DNA of 64,000 nucleotides from a virus (lineage: Duplodnaviria; Caudoviricetes), in the IMG/VR virus record IMGVR_UViG_3300016471_001002, positions 128,001-192,000 of that record. One strand, 5' to 3'. Numbering within the stretch: the stretch's first letter is position 1; each line of letters starts with the position of its first letter. The translations under genes and the position numbers were made by a program. This document shows positions 47,103 to 56,288 of this stretch, piece after piece. A model generated the notes under the pieces. It had not been told where the DNA came from. It was given only the letters and a program-made list of their open reading frames with translations, and made no database searches.

Positions 47103-49190
47103 TTATGATACTATGAATTTTATTTTAAATGTTCCATTTATTGAGCTGGAACTGTGTGAATTAATTATTCTAATGTTAAAAGATCCGTTGGTTATTGAAT
47201 CTACATGAATATATGGATGTCCGTTGGTTCCAAACGTGCCTGAATAGTCTCCAATAGAAGCAACAACGACTGAAGTCGAAGTCACGACATTGTTGTTTAC
47301 CGTAAAACTTTGCGAGTTGTTTGAACCTATAGAAGCATTCACGGTCGTTATGACCCCAGAAGCAGAATTGACAGTAACAGAAGACGTCAAGCTACCTGTT
47401 TGAGTCACTGAAGCTCGTCCTATGTTAAAGCTATAACCTTTTGCTACTTCGAAGCTTCCGCTAACTGTAACTGCTCCCGTAAAAGTAGCACCAGTTGAAA
47501 CTGAAAGTTCACCATCAACATTAATATCGTCTAAGACATTAAGAGTTCCTAGAATTGCAGCATCTCCAGACACAATTGCATTTCCAGTCGCAGACAATCC
47601 ACCTGCGCTATTTAAGGATCCTGATACTATAACATCACCGCCAAATAGAGAAATTTTAGGAGAAGATATCGAACCCAAGGTTCCGCTGACGTAGAAGAAA
47701 ACATCTTGCCCTTTTTCTGCAGGTGAGCTAATCGGTTCTTGTCCTCTTAAAGCCAAAGAACCCGTTGTTATAATCGATGCGCTCGTTAAGCTAGAAAAGA
47801 AATTATCTCCGTTATTTCCTTGTGAACCTTGAAGACCTTGTTGCCCTGTTGATCCTTGGCTTCCTTGTGTGCCCTGAGGACCGGAAGATCCAGTTTCACC
47901 TTGATACCCTTGGTGTCCTTGAAAACCTTGGGATCCTTGCTGTCCTATTTGACCTTGCCATCCTTGAGGACCAGCCTCTCCTTGTGCTCCTATAACGCCT
48001 TGGTTACCTTGAGACCCTTGACTTCCTTGTGCGCCTTGAACACCTTGTTGCCCTGTTAATCCTTGTGAACCTTGGTTTCCTTGAAGACCTTGTGGTCCTT
48101 GTGGCCCTTGGTACCCTTGAGAACCCTGCAACCCGGTTTCTCCTTGCGGTCCTTGGTTTCCTTGAAGACCTTGTGGTCCTGTGGACCCCATTTCTCCTTG
48201 AGGGCCTTGCGAACCAGTACTTCCTTGAAGGCCTTGATTTCCCATAACGCCTTGAAGACCAGTTTCGCCTTGGTATCCTTGAGGTCCAGCATAGCCTTGA
48301 GGACCCTGAGAACCAATCAACCCTTGGGGCCCTTGGTTTCCTGTGGCACCTTGCGATCCTACTGACCCTACTTCTCCTTGAGGACCTTGCGGCCCTGTGA
48401 GACCCGTCACACCAATTTCTCCTTGAGCGCCTTGTGAACCAGTACTTCCTTGGACGCCTTGTGGTCCTTGAAATCCTTCAGGCACATTCGATGAAATTGT
48501 GATTGATCCATTAGATCCCGTAGTTATAGCTACGTTTGGACCTGCTATAAGATATGAAGATCCATCGATTAAATTTGTCAGTGATCCGCTCAATCCGTTG
48601 ACAAATTTAACAGATCCTGTTACGTCTGCACCTGAAGAAATGTTAATTTTTCCTTCAACATTTACGTCGTCTAGAACCGTTAATGTTCCTAGAAACGCTC
48701 CATCTCCAGAGATCACAGAGTTTCCTGTTACAGATAATCCGCCTGCTGAATTTAATGAACCAGAGACTACAACGTCTCCTCCAAATAATGAAATTTTGGG
48801 AGAAGACGAACCGCCTAGCGTTCCGCTAACATAGAAGAAAACATCTTGTCCCTTTGCGGATGGAGAACTTATTTGTTCTTGTCCACGAAGTGCGACAGAT
48901 CCAGTTGTGATGATGGAATTAGTCGTTGCGCTAGAAAAGAAATCTTGTCCTGAAGACCCGCCACCAGAAGCAGATCCAGATATTGCAAGATATTGAATTG
49001 ATCCTGATGAACCAACTATGTTGATCGTTATATTATCTCCAGCAAGGATCTTTGATGATAAGAACCCTGACGAAGAATCATTGATTGAAATCCTAGATTT
49101 AGTGAAGTCTTTTTCAAGATCATCATCAATATCTGCCGACTTGATCGTACCGTCTTGTATCTGGCTGCCTTTTATTTGCGTAGTGCTCAC
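47103..49190 (-). CDS. collagen-repeat tail fibre protein
   Basis: GTG start; long Gly-X-Y block (~47815-48475) flanked by duplicated KGQDVFFYVSG domain. Confidence 0.75.
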   Translation of the reverse strand: MSTTQIKGSQIQDGTIKSADIDDDLEKDFTKSRISINDSSSGFLSSKILAGDNITINIVGSSGSIQYLAISGSASGGGSSGQDFFSSATTNSIITTGSVALRGQEQISSPSAKGQDVFFYVSGTLGGSSSPKISLFGGDVVVSGSLNSAGGLSVTGNSVISGDGAFLGTLTVLDDVNVEGKINISSGADVTGSVKFVNGLSGSLTNLIDGSSYLIAGPNVAITTGSNGSITISSNVPEGFQGPQGVQGSTGSQGAQGEIGVTGLTGPQGPQGEVGSVGSQGATGNQGPQGLIGSQGPQGYAGPQGYQGETGLQGVMGNQGLQGSTGSQGPQGEMGSTGPQGLQGNQGPQGETGLQGSQGYQGPQGPQGLQGNQGSQGLTGQQGVQGAQGSQGSQGNQGVIGAQGEAGPQGWQGQIGQQGSQGFQGHQGYQGETGSSGPQGTQGSQGSTGQQGLQGSQGNNGDNFFSSLTSASIITTGSLALRGQEPISSPAEKGQDVFFYVSGTLGSISSPKISLFGGDVIVSGSLNSAGGLSATGNAIVSGDAAILGTLNVLDDINVDGELSVSTGATFTGAVTVSGSFEVAKGYSFNIGRASVTQTGSLTSSVTVNSASGVITTVNASIGSNNSQSFTVNNNVVTSTSVVVASIGDYSGTFGTNGHPYIHVDSITNGSFNIRIINSHSSSSINGTFKIKFIVS

Positions 49191-49249
49191 GAGAATATGT
49201 ATCAACAATATAAAAAAGATATATTGATACAATAGTTATGACAAATAAA

Positions 49250-49627
49250 ATGAGCAAAATTGATCCAAAAATCGTTGTTTTAAGACAGCTGATAAGAGAA
49301 ATTATTGAATCTTCTTTATTAAACGAAGATAGCACACCAGGCGGAGGATTGACTGATTTTGGCGCAAAATTTAGAATTGAAAAATCCGGAGCAATTTCGG
49401 ATGCAATGAAAGCTTTAGCTGCAACCGGTGGAGATGCTACTAAAGCAGCAAAATCTTTAGGAGTCAGTACAAGAAGAATGTACGATTACATCTCTATGTC
49501 GCCGAAGCTCGACACAGCTCAAGATAAATTTCAAGATGAAGAAAGAAAAGAAAAAGAGACAGAAAAAAGATTATCCAAAGATAAAGATTCTGATGATGAC
49601 GAATCTTTAGAAGATGAAAAATTATAG
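49250..49627 (+). CDS. tag-variant protein with Fis-type HTH
   Basis: LRQLIREIIE..LLNE; ALAATGGDATKAAKSLGVSTRRMY. Confidence 0.7.
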   Translation: MSKIDPKIVVLRQLIREIIESSLLNEDSTPGGGLTDFGAKFRIEKSGAISDAMKALAATGGDATKAAKSLGVSTRRMYDYISMSPKLDTAQDKFQDEERKEKETEKRLSKDKDSDDDESLEDEKL

Positions 49628-50311
49628 AAGCTTTAGCTTTTCAATTAGCTTCGCCAAAGATTCTTTATTCATTTTTTCTGAAAGTTTTACTTCACCTTGT
49701 TTTCCTCCTCCGAACCAAGTTCCTTTGGGACAAATAGAGAACCATGTAGACATGGTTCGAGGATCAGAAGCTGGAAATCCTTGCCAGCAATTTTCCGTCG
49801 CAACAAATAGGAACACAAAATCTTTATTGATTCCAACGCTTTCAAAAATTTTAATTCTTTCGTTGAAAGAATTTTCCCATTCATTTCTGGCTCTTCCGAG
49901 GCTGGTTTTACATTCAATCACTCCGATGATCCTGTCATCCCTCCAAATTGCCACATCTGGTTTAACATATTTTCCTTTATCAATTTTTATGTTATTTTCT
50001 GATGTCACCTTAAGGCCTTTATGAATGAAATCTTTTGACCTCAACACAGCATCAATCATCATGATTGTGCATTCTGTAAAAACTTCAGAAATTGAAGGTT
50101 CTTTGATTCTATTGATGACTTCAGAAAGTGATCTTGATCGTCTCGCAGATTGATCAAGATATTTGCACATTCCAAGTTGAAGTTCTTCTGCAGAAATTGT
50201 TCCATCAGCATAAGAGTCACATGCAATTGCATATGTGATCATCTCTTGAGTAGGAGACAATCCATCACACATCATTGTGCTTGAAATTCTTGAAAGCAAA
50301 TTTGTACTCAT
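49622..50311 (-). CDS. PD-(D/E)XK nuclease-like protein
   Basis: KPDVAI...IGVIECK. Confidence 0.65.
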   Translation of the reverse strand: MSTNLLSRISSTMMCDGLSPTQEMITYAIACDSYADGTISAEELQLGMCKYLDQSARRSRSLSEVINRIKEPSISEVFTECTIMMIDAVLRSKDFIHKGLKVTSENNIKIDKGKYVKPDVAIWRDDRIIGVIECKTSLGRARNEWENSFNERIKIFESVGINKDFVFLFVATENCWQGFPASDPRTMSTWFSICPKGTWFGGGKQGEVKLSEKMNKESLAKLIEKLKLL

Positions 50312-50358
50312 GAATTTATCATATCATGAGATGTTAAAGTTTTATATTTTAAAAATCT

Positions 50359-51093
50359 TTATTGATTTTGTTTATATAGTTCTCTGAACTTCTTTGTTGT
50401 GATTCCGTAATCCAACAAAACCAGGCATCCTTCATCTGTAATTCCCCAAGAAGACAACTTCGCAAGATCCCCTGGTAACATGTCTTTGTACCTTTCCATG
50501 AAGGAAGAAATTGCAGATAAAAAGTCATTGCCGGTCATGCAGTTTTCTCTTCCCACGGGTTGAACTCGTTGTGCAACCCCAGGTTTTTGTCCTCCCACAG
50601 GTGCAGTGGCATCATATTCTGATCTTGCAGATAGTCCCATCATTTTTCTTACTTCATTCCACGGAACTCCTATAATTTTTTCCGCTTTAGAAACTTCTGC
50701 ATCATGAAGAGGGATGACTTTTTTTGAAACGACCCAATAAAATTCTGGATCATAATCTAATACTCCAGAAATGATCGATTCTACTTGAGGATCTCTTCCC
50801 GCCGTGACTTCAAGTTCATTTTGTGCCAGACCTTTTTCATCTCTAGCCAATTTAACTACTGAATTTCCGTCAAGCTCAAACACTAATCGTGAACTTCCTT
50901 CTCCGATTTGCTTTAATCCAAATTTGCTCAATGCTTTAAGCATTGCCTCAAAAGGAGTTTTTGATTCCCATTCTTCTGGGCTTTGGTATGCAGCAGTTAT
51001 CCAATCAAGCGGATCAGAAGACGTTTCAACGTCTTCCATCGCTATTTCATTGATCAATTCTCTGATATAAGCTTTCAATAAATTTTTTTTCAT
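50359..51093 (-). CDS. tag-variant protein kinase-like protein
   Basis: IGEGSSRLV, VVKLA, QNELE, GDL, LVLLDYG. Confidence 0.75.
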   Translation of the reverse strand: MKKNLLKAYIRELINEIAMEDVETSSDPLDWITAAYQSPEEWESKTPFEAMLKALSKFGLKQIGEGSSRLVFELDGNSVVKLARDEKGLAQNELEVTAGRDPQVESIISGVLDYDPEFYWVVSKKVIPLHDAEVSKAEKIIGVPWNEVRKMMGLSARSEYDATAPVGGQKPGVAQRVQPVGRENCMTGNDFLSAISSFMERYKDMLPGDLAKLSSWGITDEGCLVLLDYGITTKKFRELYKQNQ

Positions 51094-51119
51094 ATCTCAT
51101 TATAATTAACTCAGTAATC

Positions 51120-51341
51120 ATGAAAATTAAATTAAATGAGCTTAGAAAAATTATTAGAGAAATAATTGAAGAAGATTCCATTGATCAAGGACATGAACAA
51201 TCAGGAGATCCCGAATTGGTCCAATTAAACCACCAAGGTGACGGAAGCGAATACGATCAAATGGGAAATGAGGAAAATAATCAATCATTCGTTTCTACAC
51301 TCTTAAGCCAGATGAACTTATCAAAAGCTCCCTTTTCGTGA
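51120..51341 (+). CDS. MKIT-tag acidic peptide
   Basis: MKIKLNELRKIIREIIEE. Confidence 0.65.
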   Translation: MKIKLNELRKIIREIIEEDSIDQGHEQSGDPELVQLNHQGDGSEYDQMGNEENNQSFVSTLLSQMNLSKAPFS

Positions 51342-51616
51342 CGCTTTCGTTTCGTTTTTAAATCTAAATCAGCATCGATAAAACCGTGTTGATATACCAA
51401 CGCCAACAAAACCTCGTAAACGTCTGCAGCTTCTTCTAGAAATTCATTCGCGTCTTTCGAAGTAGAAGCTTCGATAAGCTCATCGACTTCTTCTCTGAGT
51501 TTGTCTACCAGCGCGGGAATCCTTTGTTCCTTGACAACGCTAACCCACTTGGCTTCCTTACCAGATTTTTTGATTAATTCAGGAATATTGTCTCGAACGA
51601 GTTTATTTGTTTTCAT
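51281..51616 (-). CDS. MazG-like nucleoside triphosphate pyrophosphohydrolase
   Basis: KLVRDNIP...KLREEVDE...EEAADVYE...KGAF. Confidence 0.8.
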   Translation of the reverse strand: MKTNKLVRDNIPELIKKSGKEAKWVSVVKEQRIPALVDKLREEVDELIEASTSKDANEFLEEAADVYEVLLALVYQHGFIDADLDLKTKRKRHEKGAFDKFIWLKSVETND

Positions 51617-52277
51617 TTGCAGTTGACTCCAGTGCGCTATAATCTTCGATATTTCCTTCTTGAACGTCTACCACTTTCATATCGCGAGGGTTGATAATCG
51701 TATGAAGAGGCGTGGCAAAAGCTGATGAAATTGAGAAGGTAAAATTCGGATCTACTCCTACTGCAATATCGATTAATCCGTATTGCGATTTCCACTGAAA
51801 TGTAGAAGAAGCTGTTGGTGGTCCATTTGCTTCACTGTTTGTCGTCATTAAAACTACAATTTTAATTCCCAACCCTTGCGAAGACCAGTCTTCTGCCAAA
51901 TTTTGTAGTTGTTTCGCCTCGGAAGCGCAAGCAGAGCATTCGTATTTTGAAGTGATGACCAAAACAGCATTAATACTCTTGCTCCCATCGGGGTCGTACC
52001 ATTGATGAGGACTTAACGTATTCAATTGTGATGTATTCGGATCTCCCTCTAGATATCCTGGCCATGTTAAGGATTCTGAAATGGTTTGACCAACGTTGTA
52101 ACCAACATTTTCTTGGGGCCATGTGGGTTGTCCGTCACCTGATGAAGTTGATGAGACCGATGAAGTAACTGTCACGCCAACAGACGTTTGAGAACCAAAG
52201 ATGTTTTTTCCTTCAAAGTCCCTGTTAGGTCCACACCCGACGAGAAGACTAATGAGACCAATCAAACTTTTCTTCAT
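51603..52277 (-). CDS. lipoprotein with thioredoxin-like CxxC domain
   Basis: lipobox LVGC; YDPDGSK; ECSACASEA. Confidence 0.7.
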   Translation of the reverse strand: MKKSLIGLISLLVGCGPNRDFEGKNIFGSQTSVGVTVTSSVSSTSSGDGQPTWPQENVGYNVGQTISESLTWPGYLEGDPNTSQLNTLSPHQWYDPDGSKSINAVLVITSKYECSACASEAKQLQNLAEDWSSQGLGIKIVVLMTTNSEANGPPTASSTFQWKSQYGLIDIAVGVDPNFTFSISSAFATPLHTIINPRDMKVVDVQEGNIEDYSALESTANENK

Positions 52278-52837
52278 GACTTTCTCCTGCGCTTAGAGCT
52301 CACGTAATCGTGCATTGCAATCGAAGCAGCTGCTCCGACATTCATACTTCGAACAGAACCGTAGTTTGGAATCTCAACAAACTTGTCGCATAGACTCAAC
52401 ACTTCTTGTGGAATTCCATTGCATTCTTCGCCGACGACGATGCAGGGCGGCTTTTCAAAGTTCCAGTTAAAATCGTATAAAGACACGGTTTCGGAAATGT
52501 TGTTCTCAAGGGCGACTAATGTGTAATTCTTTTTGATTTCAAAGACGCCATCGATATCATCGATAAATTGCATCTTTGTGTAGTTGTGAACGCCAACGCA
52601 ACCTCTTCGATCGAATTTCTTTCTTCCTAAATAATAGAAATCCCGCGCACCGTGGAAGTTTGCAGATCGCAACACTGTTCCAATGTTAAAGTCACCGCTG
52701 ATGTGCGTCATCAGGATTGCAAATTCGTTTGAGCGTTGATCCAAACGTTGGTTGATTTCTTCGTTCGTCAATCCCTTAAATTCATCGATGACATTTCGTG
52801 TCCACTGGCAAAATGGGCTTTCTGGATCATAGGGCAT
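52274..52837 (-). CDS. SpoU/TrmH family RNA 2'-O-methyltransferase
   Basis: FNIGTVLRSA, VVGEECNGI, VEIP.YGSVRSMNVGAA. Confidence 0.85.
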   Translation of the reverse strand: MPYDPESPFCQWTRNVIDEFKGLTNEEINQRLDQRSNEFAILMTHISGDFNIGTVLRSANFHGARDFYYLGRKKFDRRGCVGVHNYTKMQFIDDIDGVFEIKKNYTLVALENNISETVSLYDFNWNFEKPPCIVVGEECNGIPQEVLSLCDKFVEIPNYGSVRSMNVGAAASIAMHDYVSSKRRRKS

Positions 52838-52843
52838 GATATG

Positions 52844-52872
52844 ATCATATCAATTTAATTGTTACATTTGCA
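52844..52872 (-). promoter_or_regulatory. early-type promoter
   Basis: TGCAAA-N17-TATGAT. Confidence 0.65.
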
Positions 52873-52916
52873 CTTATTTCCGTTGAATACACTTTCTTGA
52901 ACGAATACGTATTCAT

Positions 52917-53489
52917 ATGCGAAGTTCAACTAGCAAAGTTGTCGCTTCTTTACTGATGTTGTTGATGATGATTACGACGTCGATCAGCCCATCTGCATGT
53001 GGTCCAACGGTCATATATACAGGCGGTAATAGAGATGTTTTAAATGAGTCAGAGAAAGCAGAAGTTTGTGTCGACGTAAATAAGAAATATTTGCCAGAAG
53101 TACTGGATGCAATTTATGCTTGGGATTCAGCGATAAGAAACTGGAAGCACCTAGTTCCCAGGTTAGGTCCAGACTTTGATGATTGCAATTACATAATAAA
53201 AGAGGTCGATCCAGACGATGATACCGGTCCAAGGACTCTTGGCGCGACTTCAAGATTGTTTGGAAGAGAAATTAAACTATACCGTGGAAGATATGAGATC
53301 GATCCGTTGTCAATTACTCTTCATGAAATAGGTCATGCTTTAGGTGCAAGACACATGCCAGGTACTATGATGAATGATGAGATCATTTATTTTAAATACA
53401 GGTGTCCTGACGCTGCTACTGTTGCTCAAGTTGCCGTAGCAAATGGAATCGACCCAAGCACTCTTTCGTGGTGTAGGCAATCTTTTTAA
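52917..53489 (+). CDS. secreted metzincin (matrixin-like) zinc metalloprotease
   Basis: signal peptide; HEIGHALGARH plus Met-turn. Confidence 0.8.
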   Translation: MRSSTSKVVASLLMLLMMITTSISPSACGPTVIYTGGNRDVLNESEKAEVCVDVNKKYLPEVLDAIYAWDSAIRNWKHLVPRLGPDFDDCNYIIKEVDPDDDTGPRTLGATSRLFGREIKLYRGRYEIDPLSITLHEIGHALGARHMPGTMMNDEIIYFKYRCPDAATVAQVAVANGIDPSTLSWCRQSF

Positions 53490-54368
53490 TCATCCGTACA
53501 ATGACATATACCGTTCGCCTCTATCGCACAACATAGTTACAACAATTCCGTCGGGTTTGTTTGCGTCTATCCATCGTTCTGAAGCCACAAGGTTTGCCCC
53601 TGAACTAATCCCGACGAGCAAACCAGTTTCTTTTGCAAACCGTTTGGCTCTTTCAATTGCCTCTTCTGTCTTCACGATGATGGTTTCATCCATGTCGGCT
53701 TGCTTCGCCAAAAAATCCCTTCCGTCTCCAATGCCTTGAATCCCGTGCGGCGACTCGGCGGGGATGACCATACAAACTTTGACATGACCATTGTCTTTCA
53801 AGAATCCAGATTCATTACGAACATATTGTCTAATACCTTCGATTGTTCCACCTGTCCCAGACCCATGGATGAATGCAGACCACTTCACTCCCATCAACCA
53901 AGTCTTCATGGATATTTCTGGCGCTGTTATCGTACGATGGCACTCAACGTTGTCAGGGTTACTAAACTGCATCGGAGACCATGACCCAGGATTCGCTACA
54001 ATAAATTCGTCTCTCATCTTTATAGCCGCTTCAAAGTCGCTGGGAGGCGCCTCGACAATCTCAGCTCCATAAACGCGCATCATCTGCTTTCGTTCTTCAG
54101 ACATGTTACTCGGCATGAAGATGACGCATCTGGAACTAAGACTCGCAGCTAATGCGCTTAAAGATATACCTGAATTTCCGCTTGTCGCTTCGCACAAGAC
54201 AGTACCAGACTTGACGTGACCAGATTCGATTGCTTTACACAGCACATAGGCAATCATTCTGTCCTTCACAGACCCGGCAGGATTAAATGTTTCTAATTTG
54301 GCATATAGTTTATCTGAAATCTTTATCAGGGGAGTATTTCCACATGCTTTCTTGAATTCTTCAGACAT
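53490..54368 (-). CDS. cysK: cysteine synthase family PLP enzyme
   Basis: GNTPL, KLETFNPAGSVKDR, EATSGNSG, GSGTGGT, IQGIG, GISSGA, DRGERY. Confidence 0.88.
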   Translation of the reverse strand: MSEEFKKACGNTPLIKISDKLYAKLETFNPAGSVKDRMIAYVLCKAIESGHVKSGTVLCEATSGNSGISLSALAASLSSRCVIFMPSNMSEERKQMMRVYGAEIVEAPPSDFEAAIKMRDEFIVANPGSWSPMQFSNPDNVECHRTITAPEISMKTWLMGVKWSAFIHGSGTGGTIEGIRQYVRNESGFLKDNGHVKVCMVIPAESPHGIQGIGDGRDFLAKQADMDETIIVKTEEAIERAKRFAKETGLLVGISSGANLVASERWIDANKPDGIVVTMLCDRGERYMSLYG

Positions 54369-54378
54369 ACGTAAGTAA

Positions 54379-54636
54379 CTATACTCCTTGAAGGTCTAAT
54401 TTTTTTAACCTGCTAATAAATGTCCATCCGACTTTTCCGCATGATGAGACAACCTTTATCGAATAATCTCTAGAAGATGATTTTTCATCAATCTCGATGA
54501 CGACCAAAAGTCCATCCGGATGTACATGACCGATGTCTGCAGAAATATTCATTCCTGATTGAGGTCTTAACCAAATTCCACCATTATACCCAGGGTCGAT
54601 GCCTGTAAGTTCTCCAACCTTAAACCCGGATCTCAT
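54379..54636 (-). CDS. SH3b-like protein
   Basis: IWLRPQ...IGHV..DGLLVVIE...IKVVSSCGKVGW. Confidence 0.75.
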   Translation of the reverse strand: MRSGFKVGELTGIDPGYNGGIWLRPQSGMNISADIGHVHPDGLLVVIEIDEKSSSRDYSIKVVSSCGKVGWTFISRLKKLDLQGV

Positions 54637-54695
54637 TTATAGAGATTATATCTTTTAATTCAAAAGATTAATTTATACTTTATTTTAAGCTGCTT

Positions 54696-55949
54696 ATGAA
54701 ACAAATACCAACACCAGAACAAATCAAACAACTTCAACAAAACTGTTATAACATCCAGGAATGGCTCGATCATGTGCATGGGTTTTGCCAAGATATTATT
54801 AACGAAGCTTACTTCAAGCTTTCGCAAGATGGCAAGACAGATCCCACTCAAAAATGGGTATCTGGTATCATGGACGTTGCTATGGCCGTTCTAGCTGACA
54901 TCGATTTTCCAGGTGCTGCAATCACTGGTTATGCGATACAGGGTCTTGTTGGATCTTTCTCTAGCGACACCCCTGAATCTCTCAATAAGGCTTTCGGTGA
55001 CGTGTGGGGCAGATTTTCAGCCACTTTCCAAACGATGCAAGATTCCTTCGGCGATTATGCTACTAACCCAGAGGAAAACTGGGATAAGACGATCAACGAT
55101 CCTTTCACAGGAAAGACTTTTACAGTGAGCGACTTGGGTCGAGGCGACGTGTTCTTCCCCAGTAGAAATCCTCAGGTGGTAGACCAGAGGTTTTATAACC
55201 CAGCAAAATACGACGAAGCGTCAGACAAAACCGTAGCAGCTTTCAAATACAATCTCGTCAAGAACGTGATCGGTAAGAAGTGGAACATTCTTCATTCTCC
55301 AAAGAATGACTTCTGGGATGGCTGGTCTGACGACGATGCTCGAAAGTTTGCAAAGGATCAAACGAATTCCAATAGAGACATCATAGTTCTATGGTGGCCT
55401 GACCAAGATGGATCTTGTGCCGGATGCCCAAACAATGGTATGTCAGTGACGGAACCACGTCTGGGAGTAGGTGATTGGTACTCTAGCTGGGACTATTACC
55501 ATGGAGAAAGCGCATCAAAGGATATGTGCGATTGGCTCATGCAAGATGATGGTTACGGTACCATACTCAATCCTGACGCTATCACAACTCGACACGATGT
55601 ATTCTACAATTGGCCTATGGAGGGTAATTTGACAGATCATCCAGAGGGTCGAACGGGGGTTAGTAAAGACCTACCGCCAGTTACAGAAGAGAGTCGAGAA
55701 AGAGCTAGGGATTGGCATAACCTCTTTTCAAATGTTTCTCGTAGTGAGTTAGAGGCTGGACTTGTACAAAAAACGATAGATGATCCATCATTCAAGGCTA
55801 ATTTGGTTCGTAATCCAAAGGAAGCAATAGAAAATTACCTTGGATTGAAGATCCCAGAAGAAGTCAAATTAGAAGTGATCTTGGAAAAACCAGGCGATTA
55901 CAAGTTGGTGCTTCCCTATGTCGGTAGACCAAAAAAATCCGGTCATTAG
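54696..55949 (+). CDS. hypothetical protein with C-terminal NHLP (nitrile hydratase leader-like) domain
   Basis: SRSELEAGLVQK..DDPSFKANL..NPKEAIE..LG.KIPE...LVLP. Confidence 0.7.
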   Translation: MKQIPTPEQIKQLQQNCYNIQEWLDHVHGFCQDIINEAYFKLSQDGKTDPTQKWVSGIMDVAMAVLADIDFPGAAITGYAIQGLVGSFSSDTPESLNKAFGDVWGRFSATFQTMQDSFGDYATNPEENWDKTINDPFTGKTFTVSDLGRGDVFFPSRNPQVVDQRFYNPAKYDEASDKTVAAFKYNLVKNVIGKKWNILHSPKNDFWDGWSDDDARKFAKDQTNSNRDIIVLWWPDQDGSCAGCPNNGMSVTEPRLGVGDWYSSWDYYHGESASKDMCDWLMQDDGYGTILNPDAITTRHDVFYNWPMEGNLTDHPEGRTGVSKDLPPVTEESRERARDWHNLFSNVSRSELEAGLVQKTIDDPSFKANLVRNPKEAIENYLGLKIPEEVKLEVILEKPGDYKLVLPYVGRPKKSGH

Positions 55950-56236
55950 TATCTACGGTTTATGCTTCCGCTGGGATACATTTGAATGTCTAATGCATAA
56001 TACGGTAGAGTTGTTTCACCTAGTCTTCCAGCAACCCTGTAAGCAAATTTTGTTCCATTTACTTTCATTTCTTCAAGAACAACGACTAATTCATTCATCC
56101 AAATTGGTCCACCGATCGGTAAAACTCTAGCTAAACAACCAACTTCGACAGGCAACCAAACAGTAGGTTGCGCCCATGATGGCGTTTCTACTTTCCATTC
56201 TCCCAAGCTACTGCTGGGTATGATGGACCATGCCAT
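55946..56236 (-). CDS. hypothetical protein
   Basis: TATTTA-N5-ATG. Confidence 0.55.
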   Translation of the reverse strand: MAWSIIPSSSLGEWKVETPSWAQPTVWLPVEVGCLARVLPIGGPIWMNELVVVLEEMKVNGTKFAYRVAGRLGETTLPYYALDIQMYPSGSINRRY

Positions 56237-56288
56237 GACAATAAATATTCGTCATGGAATTAATTCTGAAATTCTTCTTATAGAAGAA

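Noticed and set aside
44500-48480. 9-bp periodic ccttg repeats and overlapping ORFs in other frames
   Set aside because: Explained by collagen Gly-X-Gln codons; the alternative-frame ORFs are artefacts.
54696-55949. Complete phage RiPP biosynthetic cluster
   Set aside because: No modifying enzyme, transporter or core peptide is present in the window.
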